From assembly GCA_964016885.1 (NCBI GenBank), contig OZ024744.1, positions 122,698,001-122,762,000 of the forward strand: DNA of 64,000 nt, read 5' to 3'. Positions 41,401 through 59,400 of the stretch are shown here, one piece after another. A model generated the notes under the pieces. The model saw nothing but the letters and a program-made list of their open reading frames with translations. It was not told the DNA's origin and did no database searches. The position numbers were made by a program, and so were the translations under genes. The DNA comes from Eledone cirrhosa. Lineage: Eukaryota. Each line of letters starts with the position of its first letter. Position 1 is the stretch's first letter.

Positions 41401-44400
41401 CAGTAACAACAACAGTAACAACAACAGTAACAACAGCAGCAGTAACAACAACAGTAACAACAACAGTAACAACAACAGTAACAACAACAACAGTAACAAC
41501 AACAGTAACAACAACAGTAACAACAACAGTAAATACAACAACAGTAACAACAACAACAACAGTAACAACAACAGTAACAACAACAGTAACATCAACAGTA
41601 ACAACAACAGTAACAACAACAACAACAGTAACAACGACAGTAACAACAACAGTAACAACAACAGTAACAACAACAACAGTAACAACAACAGTAACAATAA
41701 CAGTAACAACTATAGTAACAACAACAGTAACAACAACAGTAACAACAACAGTAACAACAACAACAGTAACGACAACAGTAACAACAACAGTAACAACAAC
41801 AGTAACAACAACAGTAACAACAACAACAGTAACAACAACAGTAACAACAACAGTAACAACAACAGTAACAACAACAGTAACAACAACAGTAACAACAACA
41901 GTAACAACAACAACAGTAACAACAACAGTAACAACAATAGTAACAACAGTAACAACAACAGTAACAACAACAGTAACAACAATAGTAACAACAACAGTAA
42001 CAACAACAGTAACAACAACAGTAACAACAACAGTAAGAACAACAGTAAAAACAACAGTAACAACAACAGTAACAACAACAGTAACAACAACAGTAACAAC
42101 AACAGTAACAACAACAGTAACAATTACAGTAAGAACAACAGTAACAACAATAGTAACAACAACAGTAACAACAATAGTAACAACAACAACAACAACAACA
42201 GTAACAACAACAACAGTAACAACAGCAGTAACAACAACAGTAACAACAACAGTAACAACAACAGTAACAACAATAGTAACAGCAACAGTAACAGCAACAG
42301 TAACAACAACAGTAACAACAACAGTAACAACAACATTAACAACAACAGTAACCACAACAACAGTAACAACAACAGTAACAACAACAACAGTAACAACAAT
42401 AGTAACAACAACAGTAACAACAACAACAACAATTACAACAACAGTAACAACAACAGTAACAACAACAGTAACAACAACAGTAACAACAACAGTAACAACA
42501 ACAACAGTAACAACAACAGTAACAACAACAGTAACAACAACAGTAACAACAACAACAGTAACAACAACAACAACAGTAACAACAACAACAGTAACAACAA
42601 CAACAGTAACAACAACAGTAACAACAATAGTAACAACAACAACAACAGTGACAACAACAGTAACAACAACAATAGTAACAACAAGAGTAAAAACAACAGT
42701 AACAACAACAGTAACAACAACAGTAACAACAACAGTAACAACAACAACAGTAACAACAACAGTAACAACAACAGTAACAACAACAACAGTAACAACAACA
42801 GTAACAACAACAGTAACAACAACAATAACAACAACAGTAACAACAACAGTAACAACAACAACAGTAACAACAACAGTAACAACAACAGTAACAACAACAG
42901 TAACAACAACAACAGTAACAACAACAGTAACAACAACAACAGTAACAACAATAGTAACAACAAGAGTAACAACAACAGCAGTAACAACAACAACAACAAC
43001 AACAACAGTAACAACAACAGTAACAACAACAGTAACAACAACAACAGTAACAACAACAGCAACAACAACAGTAAAAACAACAGTAACAACAACAGTAACA
43101 ACAACAGTAACAACAACAGTAACAACAATAGTAACAACAACAGTAACAACAACAACAGTAACAACAACAGTAACAACAACAACAGTAACAACAAGAGTAA
43201 CAACAACGGTAACAACAACAGTAACAACAACAGTAACAACAACAACAGTAACAACAACAGTAACAACAACAGTAACAACAACAGTAACAACAACAGTGAC
43301 AACAATAGTAACAACCACAGTAACAACAACAGTAACAACAACAACAACAACAACAGTAACAACAACAGTAACAACAACAGTAACAACAACAGTAACAACA
43401 ACAGTAACAACAACAGTAACAACAACAGTAACAACAACAACAGTAACAACAACAGTAACAACAACAGTAACAACAACAACAGTAACAACAACAGTAACAA
43501 CAACAGTAACAACAACAGTAACAACAACAACAACAGTAACAACAACAGTAACAACAACAGTAACAACAACAGTAACAACAACAACAACGACAACAGTAAC
43601 AACAACAGTAACAACAACAGTAACAACAACAGTAACAACAACAGTAACAACAACAGTAACAACAACAACAACAGTAACAACAACAGTAACAACAACAGTA
43701 ACAACAACAACAGTAACAACAACAGTAACAACAACAGTAACAACAACAACAGTAACAACAACAGTAACAACAACAGTAACAACAACAACAGTAACAACAA
43801 CAGTAACAACAACAGTAACAACAACAGTAACAACAACAGCAGTAACAACAACTGTAACAACAACAGTAACAACAATAGTAACAACAACAGTAACGACAAC
43901 AGCAGTAACAACAACAGTAACAACAACAGTAACAACAACAGTAACAACAACAATAGTAACAACAACAGTAACAACAACAACAGTAACAACAACAGTAACA
44001 GCAACAGTAACAACAACAGCATTAACAACAACAGTAACAACAACAGTAACAACAACAGTAACAACAATAGTAACAACAACAATAGTAACAACAACAGTAA
44101 CAACAACAACAGTAACAACAACAGTAACAACAACAGTAACAACAACAGTAACAACAACAATAACAACAACAGTAACAACAACAGTAACAACAACAGCATT
44201 AACAACAACAGTAACAACAACAGTAACAACAACAGTAACAACAATAGTAACAACAACAATAGTAACAACAACAGTAACAACAACAACAGTAACAACAACA
44301 GTAACAACAACATTAACAACAACAGTAACAACAACAGCATTAACAACAACAGTAACAACAACAGTAACAACAACAGTAACAACAATAGTAACAACGACAA

Positions 44401-47400
44401 TAGTAACAACAACAGTAACATCAACAACAGTAACAACAACAGTAACAAAAACAGTAACAACAACAGTAACAACAACAGTAACAACAACAGTAACAACAAC
44501 AGCATTAACAACAACAGTAACAACAACAGTAACAACAACAGTAACAACAAAAGTAACAACAACAATAGTAACAACAACAATAGTAACAACAACAGTAACA
44601 ACAACAACAGTAACAACAACAGTAACAACAACAGTAACAACAACAGTAACAACAACAGCATTAACAACAATAGTAACAACAACAATAGTAACAACAACAG
44701 TAACAACAACAACAGTAACAACAACAGTAACAACAACAGTAACAACAACAACAGTAACAACAACAGTAACAACAACAGTAACAACAACACTAACAACAAC
44801 AACAGTAACAACAACAACAGTAACAACAACAGTAACAACAACAGTAACAACAACAGTAGCAACAACAGTAACAACAACAACAGTAACAACAACAGTAACA
44901 ACAACAGTAACAACAACAGTAACAACAACAACAGTAACAACAATAGTAACAACAACAGTAACAACAACAACAGTAACAACAACAGTAACAACAACAGTAA
45001 CAACAAGAGTAAAAACAACAGTAACAACAACAGTAACAACAACAACAGTAACAACAACAGTAACAACAACAGTAACAAAAACAGTAACAACAACAACAGT
45101 AACAACAATAGTAACAACAACAGTAACAACAACAACAGTAACAACAACAACAACAACAACAACAGTAACAACAACAACAGTAACAACAACAGTAACAACA
45201 ACAGTAACAACAACAGTAACAACAACAGTAACAACAACAGTAACAACAACAGTAACAACAACAGTAACAACAACAACAGTAACAACAACAGTAACAACAA
45301 CAGTAACAACAACAGTAACAACAACAACAGTAACAACAACAGTAACAACAACAGTAACAACAACAACAACAGTGACAACAACAGTAACAACAACAATAGT
45401 AACAACAACAGTAACAACAACAGTAACAACAACAGTAACAACAACAACAGTAACAACAACAGTAACAACAACAGTAACAACAACAACAGTAACAACAACA
45501 GTAACAACAACAGTAACAACAACAGTAACAACAATAGTAACAACAACAGTAACAACAACAGTAACTACAACAGTAACAACAACAGTAACAACAACAGTAA
45601 CAACAACAGTAACAACAACAACATTAACAACAACAGTAACAACAACAGTAACAACAACAGTAACAACAACAGTAACAACAACAACAGTAACAACAACAGT
45701 AACAACAACAACAGTAACAACAATAGTAACAACAAGAGTAACAACAACAGCAGTAACAACAACAACAACAGTAACAACAACAGTAACAACAACAGTAACA
45801 ACAACAGTAACAACAACAGTAACAACAACAACAGTAACAACAACAGTAACAACAACAGTAACAACAACAGTAACAACAACAACAGTAACAACAACAGCAA
45901 CAACAACAGTAAAAACAACAGTAACAACAACAACAGTAACAACAACAGTAACAACAACAGTAACAACAACAGTAACAACAATAGTAACAACAACAGTAAC
46001 AACAACAACAGTAACAACAACAGTAACAACAACAACAGTAACAACAAAAGTAACAACAACGGTAACAACAACAGTAACAACAACAGTAACAACAACAACA
46101 GTAACAACAACAGTAACAACAACAGTAACAACAACAGTAACAACAACAGTGACAACAATAGTAACAACAACAGTAACAACAACAGTAACAACAACAACAA
46201 CAACAACAGTAACAACAACAGTAACAACAACAGTAACAACAACAGTAACAACAACAGTAACAACAACAACAGTAAAAACAACAGTAACAACAACAGTAAC
46301 AACAACAACAGTAACAACAACAGTAACAACAACAGTAACAACAACAACAGTAACAACAACAGTAACAACAACAGTAACAACAACAACAGTAACAACAACA
46401 GTAACAACAACAGTAACAACAACAGTAACAACAACAGTAACAACAACAACAGTAACAACAACAGTAACAACAACAGTAACAACAACAGTAACAACAACAA
46501 CAACAGTAACAACAACAGTAACAACAACAGTAACAACAATAGTAACAACAACAATAGTAACAACAACAGTAACAACAACAATAGTAACAACAACAGTAAC
46601 AACAACAGTAACAACGACAGTAACAACAACAATAACAACAACAGTAACAACAACAGTAACAACAACAGCATTAACAACAACAGTAACAACAACAGTAACA
46701 ACAACAGTAACAACAATAGTAACAACAACAATAGTAACAACAACAGTAACAACAACAACAGTAACAACAACAGTAACAACAACATTAACAACAACAGTAA
46801 CAACAACAGCATTAACAACAACAGTAACAACAACAGTAACAACAACAGTAACAACAATAGTAACAACAACAATAGTAACAACAACAGTAACAACAACAAC
46901 AGTAACAACAACAGTAACAACAACAGTAACAACAACAGTAACAACAACAGTAACAACAACAGTAACAACAACAGTAACAACAATAGTAACAACAACAACA
47001 GTAACAACAACAGTAACAACAAAAGTAACAACAACAATAGTAACAACAACAATAGTAACAACAACAGTAACAACAACAATAGTAACAACAACAGTAACAA
47101 CAACAGTAACAACAACAGTAACAACAACAGCATTAACAACAATAGTAACAACAACAATAGTAACAAAAACAGTAACAACAACAACAGTAACAACAACAGT
47201 AACAACAACAGTAACAACAACAGTAACAACAACAGTAACAACAACAGTAACAACAACAACAGTAACAACAACAGTAACAACAACAGTAACAACAACACTA
47301 ACAACAACAACAGTAACAACAACAACAGTAACAACAACAGTAACAACAACAGTAACAACAACAGTAACAACAACAGTAACAACAACAACAACAGTAACAA

Positions 47401-50400
47401 CAACAGTAACAACAACAGTAACAACAACAGTAACAACAACAGTAACAACAATAGTAACAACAACAGTAACAACAACAACAGTAACAACAACAGTAACAAC
47501 AACAGTAACAACAAGAGTAACAACAACAGTAACAACAACAGTAACAACAACAACAGTAACAACAACAGTAACAACAACAGTAACAAAAACAGTAACAACA
47601 ACAACAGTAACAACAATAGTAACAACAACAGTAACAACAACAACAACAGTAACAACAACAACAACAACAACAGTAACAACAACAACAGTAACAACAACAG
47701 TAACAACAACAGTAACAACAACATTAACAACAACAGTAACAACAACAGTAACAAAAACAACAGTAACAACAACAGTAACAACAACAGTAACAACAACAGT
47801 AACAACAACAACAGTAACAACAACAGTAACAACAATAGTAACAACAACAACAACAACAGTGACAACAACAGTAACAACAACAATAGTAACAACAACAGTA
47901 ACAACAACAGTAACAACAACAGTAACAACAACAACAGTAACAACAACAGTAACAACAACAGTAACAACAACAGTAACAACAACAACAGTAACAACAACAG
48001 TAACAACAACAGTAACAACAACAGTAACAACAATAGTAACAACAACAGTAACAACAACAGTAACAACAACAGTAACAACAACAGTAACAACAACAGTAAC
48101 AACAACAGTAACAACAACAATAACAACAACAACAGTAACAACAACAGTAACAACAACAGTAACAACAACAGTAACAACAACAGTAACAACAACAACAGTA
48201 ACAACAACAATAACAAAAACAACAGTAACAACAATAGTAACAACAAGAGTAACAACAACAGCAGTAACAACAACAACAACAGTAACAACAACAGTAACAA
48301 CAACAGTAAAAACATCAACAGTGACAACAACAGTAACAACAACAGTAACAACAACAGTAACAACAACAGTAACAACAACAACAGTAACAACAACAGTAAC
48401 AACAACAGTAACAACAACAGTAACAACAACAACAGTAACAACAACAGCAACAACAACAGTAAAAACAACAGTAACAACAACAACAGTAACAACAACAGTA
48501 ACAACAACAGTAACAACAACAGTAACAACAATAGTAACAACAACAGTAACAACAACAACAGTAACAACAACAGTAACAACAACAACAGTCACAACAAGAG
48601 TAACAACAACGGTAACAACAACAGTAACAACAACAGTAACAACAACAACAGTAACAACAACAACAGTAATAACAACAACAGTAACAACAACAGTAACAAC
48701 AACAGTAACAACAACAGTAACAACAACAACAGTAACAACAACAGTAACAACAACAGTAACAACAACAGTAACAACAACAGTAACAACAACAGTAACAACA
48801 ACAGTAACAACAACAGTAACAACAACAGTAACAACAACAGTAACAACAACAGTAATAACAACAGTAACAACAACAGTAACAACAACAGTAACAACAACAA
48901 CAGTAACAACAACAACAGTAACAACAACAACAGTAACAACAACAACAGTAACAACAACAGTAACAACAACAGTAACAACAACAACAGTAACAACAACAGT
49001 AACAACAGTAACAACAACAGTAACAACAACAGTAACAACAACAACAGTAACAACAACAACAGTAACAACAACAACAGTAACAACAACAGTAACAACAACA
49101 ACAGTAACAACAACAGTAACAACAACAACAGTAACAACAACAGTAACAACAACAGTAACAACAACAACAGTAACAACAACAGTAACAACAGTAACAACGA
49201 CAGTAACAACAAGAACAGTAACAACAACAGTAACAATAACAGTAACAACAACAGTAACAACAACAGTAACAACAACAGTAACAACAACAGTAACAACAAC
49301 AGTAACAACAACAGTAACAACAACAGTAACAACAACAACAGTAACAACAGCAGTAACAACAACAGTAACAACAACAATAGTAACAACAACAGTAACAACA
49401 ACAGTAACAACAACAGTAACAACAACAACAACAGTAACAACAACAGTAACAACAACAGTAACAACAACAATAACAACAACAACAGTAACAACAACAGTAA
49501 CAACAACAGTAACAACAACAGTAACAACAACAGTAACAACAACAACAACAGTAACAACAACAGTAACAACAACAGTAACAACAACAGTAACAATAAAAAC
49601 AACAGTAACAACAACAGTAACAACAACAGTAACAACAACAACAACAACAACAGTAACAACAACAGTAACAACAACAGTAACAACAACAGTAACAACAACA
49701 GTAACAACAACAGTAACAACAACAACAACAGTAACAACAACAGTAACACCAACAGTAACAACAACAACAGTAACAACAACAGTAACAACAACAGTAACAA
49801 CAACAACAGTAACAACAACAGTAACAACAACAGTAACAACAACAGTAACAACAACAGTAACAACAACATCAGTAACAACAACTGTAACAACAACAGTAAC
49901 AACAATAGTAACAACAACAGTAACGACAACAGCAGTAACAACAACAGTAACAACAACAGTAACAACAACAGTAACAACAACAATAGTAACAACAACAGTA
50001 ACAACAACAACAGTAACAACAACAGTAACAACAACAGTAACAACAACAGCATTAACAACAACAGTAACAACAACAGTAACAACAACAGTAACAACAATAG
50101 TAACAACAACAATAGTAACAACAACAGTAACAACAACAACAGTAACAACAACAGTAACAACAACAGTAACAACAACAGTAACAACAACAATAACAACAAC
50201 AGTAACAACAACAGTAACAACAACAGCATTAACAACAACAGTAACAACAACAGTAACAAAAACAGTAACAACAATAGTAACAACAACAATAGTAACAACA
50301 ACAGTAACAACAACAACAGTAACAACAACAGTAACAACAACAGTAACAACAACAGTAACAACAACAACAGTAACAACAACAGTAACAACAACAGTAACAA

Positions 50401-53400
50401 CAACAGTAAGAACAATAGTAACAACAACAATAGTAACAACAACAGTAACAACAACAACAGTAACAACAACAGTAACAACAACAGTAACAACAACAGTAAC
50501 AACAACAGTAACAACAACAGTAACAACAACAACAGTAACAACAACAGTAACAACAACAGTAACAACAACAGTAACAACAACACTAACAACAACAACAACA
50601 GTAACAACAACAACAGTAACAACAACAGTAACAACAACAGTAACAACAACAGTAACAACAACAGTAACAAGAACAACAGTAACAACAACAGTAACAACAA
50701 CAGTAACAACAACAGTAACAACAACAACAGTAATAACAACAACAGTAACAACAACAGTAACAACAACAGTAACAACAACAGTAACAACAACAACAGTAAC
50801 AACAACAACAACAGTAACAACAACAGTAACAACAACAACAGTAACAACAACAACAGTAATAACAACAACAGTAACAACAACAGTAACAACAACAGTAACA
50901 ACAACAGTAACAACAACAACAGTAACAACAACAGTAACAACAACAGTAACAACAACAGTAACAACAACAGTAACAACAACAGTAACAACAACAGTAACAA
51001 CAGTAACAACAACAGTAACAACAACAGTAACAACAACAGTAACAACAACAGTAACAACAACAGTAACAACAACAGTAACAACAGTAACAACAACAGTAAC
51101 AACAACAGTAACAACAACAGTAAAAACAACAGTAACAACAACAGTAACAACAACAACAGTAACAACAACAGTAACAACAACAGTAACAACAACAGTAACA
51201 ACAACAGTAACAACAACAGTAACAACAACAACAGTAACAACAACAGTAACAACAACAGTAACAACAACAACAGTAACAACAACAACAGTAACAACAACAA
51301 CAGTAACAATAACAGTAACAACAATAGTAACAACAACAACAGTAACAACAACAGTAACAACAACAACAGTAACAACAACAACAGTAACAACAACAGTAAC
51401 AACAATAGTAACAACAACAACAGTAACAACAACAGTAACAACAACAGTAACAACAACAGTAACAACAACAGTAACAACAACAGTAACAACAACAGTAACA
51501 ACAACAATAGTAACAACAACAATAACAACAACAACAGTAACAACAACAACAGTAACAACAACAGTAACAACAACAGTAACAACAACAGTAACAACAACAG
51601 TAACAACAACAACAGTAACAACAACAGTAACAACAACAGTAACAACAACAGTAACAACAACAACAGTAACAACAACAGTAACAACAACAGTAACAACAAC
51701 AACAGTAACAACAACAGTAACAACAACAGTAACAACAACAACAGTAACAACAACAGTAACAACAACAGTAACAACAACAGTAACAACAATAGTAACAACA
51801 ACAGTAACAACAACAGTAACAACAACAGTAACAACAACAGTAACAACAACAGTAACAACAACAGTAACAACAACAACATTAACAACAACAGTAACAACAA
51901 CAGTAACAACAACAGTAACAACAACAGTAACAACAACAACAGTAACAACAACAGTAACAACAACAACAGTAACAACAATAGTAACAACAAGATTAACAAC
52001 AACAGCAGTAACAACAACAACAACAGTAACAACAACAGTAACAACAACAGTAACAACAACAGTAACAACAACAGTAACAACAACAACAGTAACAACAACA
52101 GTAACAACAACAGTAACAACAACAGTAACAACAACAACAGTAACAACAACAGCAACAACAACAGTAAAAACAACAGTAACAACAACAACAGTAACAACAA
52201 CAGTAACAACAACAGTAACAACAACAGTAACAACAATAGTAACAACAACAGTAACAACAACAACAGTAACAACAACAGTAACAACAACAACAGTAACAAC
52301 AAAAGTAACAACAACGGTAACAACAACAGTAACAACAACAGTAACAACAACAACAGTAACAACAACAGTAACAACAACAGTAACAACAACAGTAACAACA
52401 ACAGTGACAACAATAGTAACAACAACAGTAACAACAACAGTAACAACAACAACAACAACAACAGTAACAACAACAGTAACAACAACAGTAACAACAACAG
52501 TAACAACAACAGTAACAACAACAGTAACAACAACAACAGTAAAAACAACAGTAACAACAACAGTAACAACAACAACAGTAACAACAACAGTAACAACAAC
52601 AGTAACAACAACAACAGTAACAACAACAGTAACAACAACAGTAACAACAACAACAGTAACAACAACAGTAACAACAACAGTAACAACAACAGTAACAACA
52701 ACAGTAACAACAACAACAGTAACAACAACAGTAACAACAACAGTAACAACAACAGTAACAACAACAACAACAGTAACAACAACAGTAACAACAACAGTAA
52801 CAACAATAGTAACAACAACAATAGTAACAACAACAGTAACAACAACAACAGTAACAACAACAGTAACAACAACAGTAACAACGACAGTAACAACAACAAT
52901 AACAACAACAGTAACAACAACAGTAACAACAACAGCATTAACAACAACAGTAACAACAACAGTAACAACAACAGTAACAACAATAGTAACAACAACAATA
53001 GTAACAACAACAGTAACAACAACAACAGTAACAACAACAGTAACAACAACATTAACAACAACAGTAACAACAACAGCATTAACAACAACAGTAACAACAA
53101 CAGTAACAACAACAGTAACAACAATAGTAACAACAACAATAGTAACAACAACAGTAACAACAACAACAGTAACAACAACAGTAACAACAACAGTAACAAC
53201 AACAGTAACAACAACAGTAACAACAACAGTAACAACAATAGTAACAACAACAACAGTAACAACAACAGTAACAACAAAAGTAACAACAACAATAGTAACA
53301 ACAACAATAGTAACAACAACAGTAACAACAACAATAGTAACAACAACAGTAACAACAACAGTAACAACAACAGTAACAACAACAGCATTAACAACAATAG

Positions 53401-56400
53401 TAACAACAACAATAGTAACAAAAACAGTAACAACAACAACAGTAACAACAACAGTAACAACAACAGTAACAACAACAGTAACAACAACAGTAACAACAAC
53501 AGTAACAACAACAACAGTAACAACAACAGTAACAACAACAGTAACAACAACAGTAACAACAACACTAACAACAACAACAGTAACAACAACAACAGTAACA
53601 ACAACAGTAACAACAACAGTAACAACAACAGTAACAACAACAGTAACAACAACAACAACAGTAACAACAACAGTAACAACAACAGTAACAACAACAGTAA
53701 CAACAACAGTAACAACAATAGTAACAACAACAGTAACAACAACAACAGTAACAACAACAGTAACAACAACAGTAACAACAAGAGTAACAACAACAGTAAC
53801 AACAACAGTAACAACAACAACAGTAACAACAACAGTAACAACAACAGTAACAAAAACAGTAACAACAACAACAGTAACAACAATAGTAACAACAACAGTA
53901 ACAACAACAACAACAGTAACAACAACAACAACAACAACAGTAACAACAACAACAGTAACAACAACAGTAACAACAACAGTAACAACAACATTAACAACAA
54001 CAGTAACAACAACAGTAACAAAAACAACAGTAACAACAACAGTAACAACAACAGTAACAACAACAGTAACAACAACAACAGTAACAACAACAGTAACAAC
54101 AATAGTAACAACAACAACAACAACAGTGACAACAACAGTAACAACAACAATAGTAACAACAACAGTAACAACAACAGTAACAACAACAGTAACAACAACA
54201 ACAGTAACAACAACAGTAACAACAACAGTAACAACAACAGTAACAACAACAACAGTAACAACAACAGTAACAACAATAGTAACAACAACAGTAACAACAA
54301 CAGTAACAACAACAGTAACAACAACAGTAACAACAACAGTAACAACAACAGTAACAACAACAATAACAACAACAACAGTAACAACAACAGTAACAACAAC
54401 AGTAACAACAACAGTAACAACAACAGTAACAACAACAACAGTAACAACAACAATAACAAAAACAACAGTAACAACAATAGTAACAACAAGAGTAACAACA
54501 ACAGCAGTAACAACAACAACAACAACAGTAACAACAACAGTAACAACAACAGTAAAAACATCAACAGTGACAACAACAGTAACAACAACAGTAACAACAA
54601 CAGTAACAACAACAGTAACAACAACAACAGTAACAACAACAGTAACAACAACAGTAACAACAACAGTAACAACAACAACAGTAACAACAACAGCAACAAC
54701 AACAGTAAAAACAACAGTAACAACAACAACAGTAACAACAACAGTAACAACAACAGTAACAACAACAGTAACAACAATAGTAACAACAACAGTAACAACA
54801 ACAACAGTAACAACAACAGTAACAACAACAACAGTCACAACAAGAGTAACAACAACGGTAACAACAACAGTAACAACAACAGTAACAACAACAACAGTAA
54901 CAACAACAACAGTAATAACAACAACAGTAACAACAACAGTAACAACAACAGTAACAACAACAGTAACAACAACAACAGTAACAACAACAGTAACAACAAC
55001 AGTAACAACAACAGTAACAACAACAGTAACAACAACAGTAACAACAACAGTAACAACAACAGTAACAACAACAGTAACAACAACAGTAATAACAACAGTA
55101 ACAACAACAGTAACAACAACAGTAACAACAACAACAGTAACAACAACAACAGTAACAACAACAACAGTAACAACAACAACAGTAACAACAACAGTAACAA
55201 CAACAACAGTAACAACAACAGTAACAACAGTAACAACAACAGTAACAACAACAGTAACAACAACAACAGTAACAACAACAACAGTAACAACAACAACAGT
55301 AACAACAACAGTAACAACAACAACAGTAACAACAACAGTAACAACAACAACAGTAACAACAAAAGTAACAACAACAGTAACAACAACAACAGTAACAACA
55401 ACAGTAACAACAGTAACAACGACAGTAACAACAAGAACAGTAACAACAACAGTAACAATAACAGTAACAACAACAGTAACAACAACAGTAACAACAACAG
55501 TAACAACAACAGTAACAACAACAGTAACAACAACAGTAACAACAACAACAGTAACAACAACAGTAACAACAACAACAGTAACAACAATAGTAACAACAAC
55601 AGTAACAACAACAGTAACAACAACAATAGTAACAACAACAGTAACAACAACAGTAACAACAACAGTAACAACAACAACAACAGTAACAACAACAGTAACA
55701 ACAACAGTAACAACAACAATAACAACAACAACAGTAACAACAACAGTAACAACAACAGTAACAACAACAGTAACAACAACAGTAACAACAACAACAACAG
55801 TAACAACAACAGTAACAACAACAGTAACAATAAAAACAACAGTAACAACAACAGTAACAACAACAGTAACAACAACAACAACAACAACAGTAACAACAAC
55901 AGTAACAACAACAGTAACAACAACAGTAACAACAACAGTAACAACAACAGTAACAACAACAACAACAGTAACAACAACAGTAACACCAACAGTAACAACA
56001 ACAACAGTAACAACAACAGTAACAACAACAGTAACAACAACAACAGTAACAACAACAGTAACAACAACAGTAACAACAACAGTAACAACAACAGTAACAA
56101 CAACAGCAGTAACAACAACTGTAACAACAACAGTAACAACAATAGTAACAACAACAGTAACGACAACAGCAGTAACAACAACAGTAACAACAACAGTAAC
56201 AACAACAGTAACAACAACAATAGTAACAACAACAGTAACAACAACAGTAACAACAACAGCATTAACAACAACAGTAACAACAACAGTAACAACAACAGTA
56301 ACAACAATAGTAACAACAACAATAGTAACAACAACAGTAACAACAACAACAGTAACAACAACAGTAACAACAACAGTAACAACAACAGTAACAACAACAA

Positions 56401-59400
56401 TAACAACAACAGTAACAACAACAGTAACAACAACAGCATTAACAACAACAGTAACAACAACAGTAACAAAAACAGTAACAACAATAGTAACAACAACAAT
56501 AGTAACAACAACAGTAACAACAACAACAGTAACAACAACAGTAACAACAACAGTAACAACAACAACAGTAACAACAACAGTAACAACAACAGTAACAACA
56601 ACAGTAAGAACAATAGTAACAACAACAATAGTAACAACAACAGTAACAACAACAACAGTAACAACAACAGTAACAACAACAGTAACAACAACAGTAACAA
56701 CAACAGTAACAACAACAGTAACAACAACAACAGTAACAACAACAGTAACAACAACAGTAACAACAACAGTAACAACAACACTAACAACAACAACAACAGT
56801 AACAACAACAACAGTAACAACAACAGTAACAACAACAGTAACAACAACAGTAACAACAACAGTAACAAGAACAACAGTAACAACAACAGTAACAACAACA
56901 GTAACAACAACAGTAACAACAACAACAGTAATAACAACAACAGTAACAACAACAGTAACAACAACAGTAACAACAACAGTAACAACAACAACAGTAACAA
57001 CAACAACAACAGTAACAACAACAGTAACAACAACAACAGTAACAACAACAACAGTAATAACAACAACAGTAACAACAACAGTAACAACAACAGTAACAAC
57101 AACAGTAACAACAACAACAGTAACAACAACAGTAACAACAACAGTAACAACAACAGTAACAACAACAGTAACAACAACAGTAACAACAGTAACAACAACA
57201 GTAACAACAACAGTAACAACAACAGTAACAACAACAGTAACAACAACAGTAACAACAGTAACAACAACAGTAACAACAACAGTAACAACAACAGTAAAAA
57301 CAACAGTAACAACAACAGTAACAACAACAACAGTAACAACAACAGTAACAACAACATTAACAACAACAGTAACAACAACAGTAACAACAACAGTAACAAC
57401 AACAACAGTAACAACAACAGTAACAACAACAGTAACAACAACAACAGTAACAACAACAACAGTAACAACAACAACAGTAACAATAACAGTAACAACAATA
57501 GTAACAACAACAACAGTAACAACAACAGTAACAACAACAACAGTAACAACAACAACAGTAACAACAACAGTAACAACAATAGTAACAACAACAACAGTAA
57601 CAACAACAGTAACAACAACAGTAACAACAACAGTAACAACAACAGTAACAACAACAGTAACAACAACAGTAACAACAACAATAGTAACAACAACAATAAC
57701 AACAACAACAGTAACAACAACAGTAACAACAACAGTAACAACAACAGTAACAACAATAGTAACAACAACAATAGTAAAAACAGCAGTAACAACAACAACA
57801 GTAACAACAACAGTAACAATAACAACAGTAACAACAACAGTAACAACAACAGTAACAACAACAACAGTAACAACAACAGTAACAACAACAGTAACATCGA
57901 CAACAGTAACAACAATAGTAACAACAACAGTAACAACAACAGTAACAACAACAGTAACAACAACAGTAACAACAACAACAGTAACAACAACAGTAACAAC
58001 AACAGTAACAACAACAGTAACAACAACAGTAACAACAACAGTAACAACAATAGTAACAACAACAGTAACAACAACAGTAACAACAACAGTAACAACAACA
58101 ACAGTAACGACAACAGTAACAGCAACAGTAACAACAACAGTAACAACAACAACAGTAACAACAACAGTAACAACAACAGTAACAACAACAGTAACAACAA
58201 CAGTAACAACAACAACAGTAACAACAACAACAGTAACAACAACAGTAACAACAACAGTAACAACAACAGTAACAACAACAGTAACAACAACAATAGTAAC
58301 AACAACAGTAACAACAACAACAGTAACAACAACAGTAACAACAACAGTAACAACAACAGTAACAACAACAGTGACAACAATAGTAACAACAACAATAGTA
58401 AAAACAACAGTAACAACAACAGCAGTAACAACAATAGTAACAACAACAGTAACAACAACAACAGTAACAACAACAGTAACAACAACAGTAACAACAACAG
58501 TAACAACAACAGCATTAACAACAACAGTAACAACAACAGTAACAACAACAGTAACAACAATAGTAACAACAACAATAGTAACAACAACAGTAACAACAAC
58601 AATAGTAACAACAACAGTAACAACAACAGTAACAACAACAGTAACAACAACAGTAACAACAACAGTAACAACAACAACAGTAACAACAACAGTAACAACA
58701 ACAGTAACAACAACAGTAACAACAACAGTAACAACAACACTAACAACCACAACAGTAACAACAACAACAGTAACAACAACAGTAACAACAACGGTAACAA
58801 CAACAGTAACAACAACAGTAACAACAACAACAGTAACAACAACAGTAACAACAACAGTAACAACAACAGTAACAACAACAGTAACAACAACAGTAACAAC
58901 AACAACAGTAACAACAACAACAGTAACAACAACAGTAACAACAACAGTAACAACAACAGTAACAACAACAACAGTAATAACAACAGTAACAACAACAGTA
59001 ACAACAACAGTAACAACAACAACAGTAACAACAACAACAGTAATAACAACAACAGTAACAACAACAGTAACAACAACAGTAACAACAACAGTAACAACAA
59101 CAACAGTAACAACAACAGTAACAACAACAGTAACAACAACAGTAACAACAACAGTAACAACAACAGTAACAACAACAGTAACAACAGTAACAACAACAGT
59201 AACAACAACAGTAACAACAACAGTAACAACAACAGTAACAACAACAGTAATAACAGTAACAACAACAGTAACAACAACAGTAACAACAACAGTAACAACA
59301 ACAGTAACAACAACAGTAACAACAACAGTAACAACAACAGTAACAACAACAGTAACAACAACAACAACAGTAACAACAACAGTAACAACAACAGTAACAA

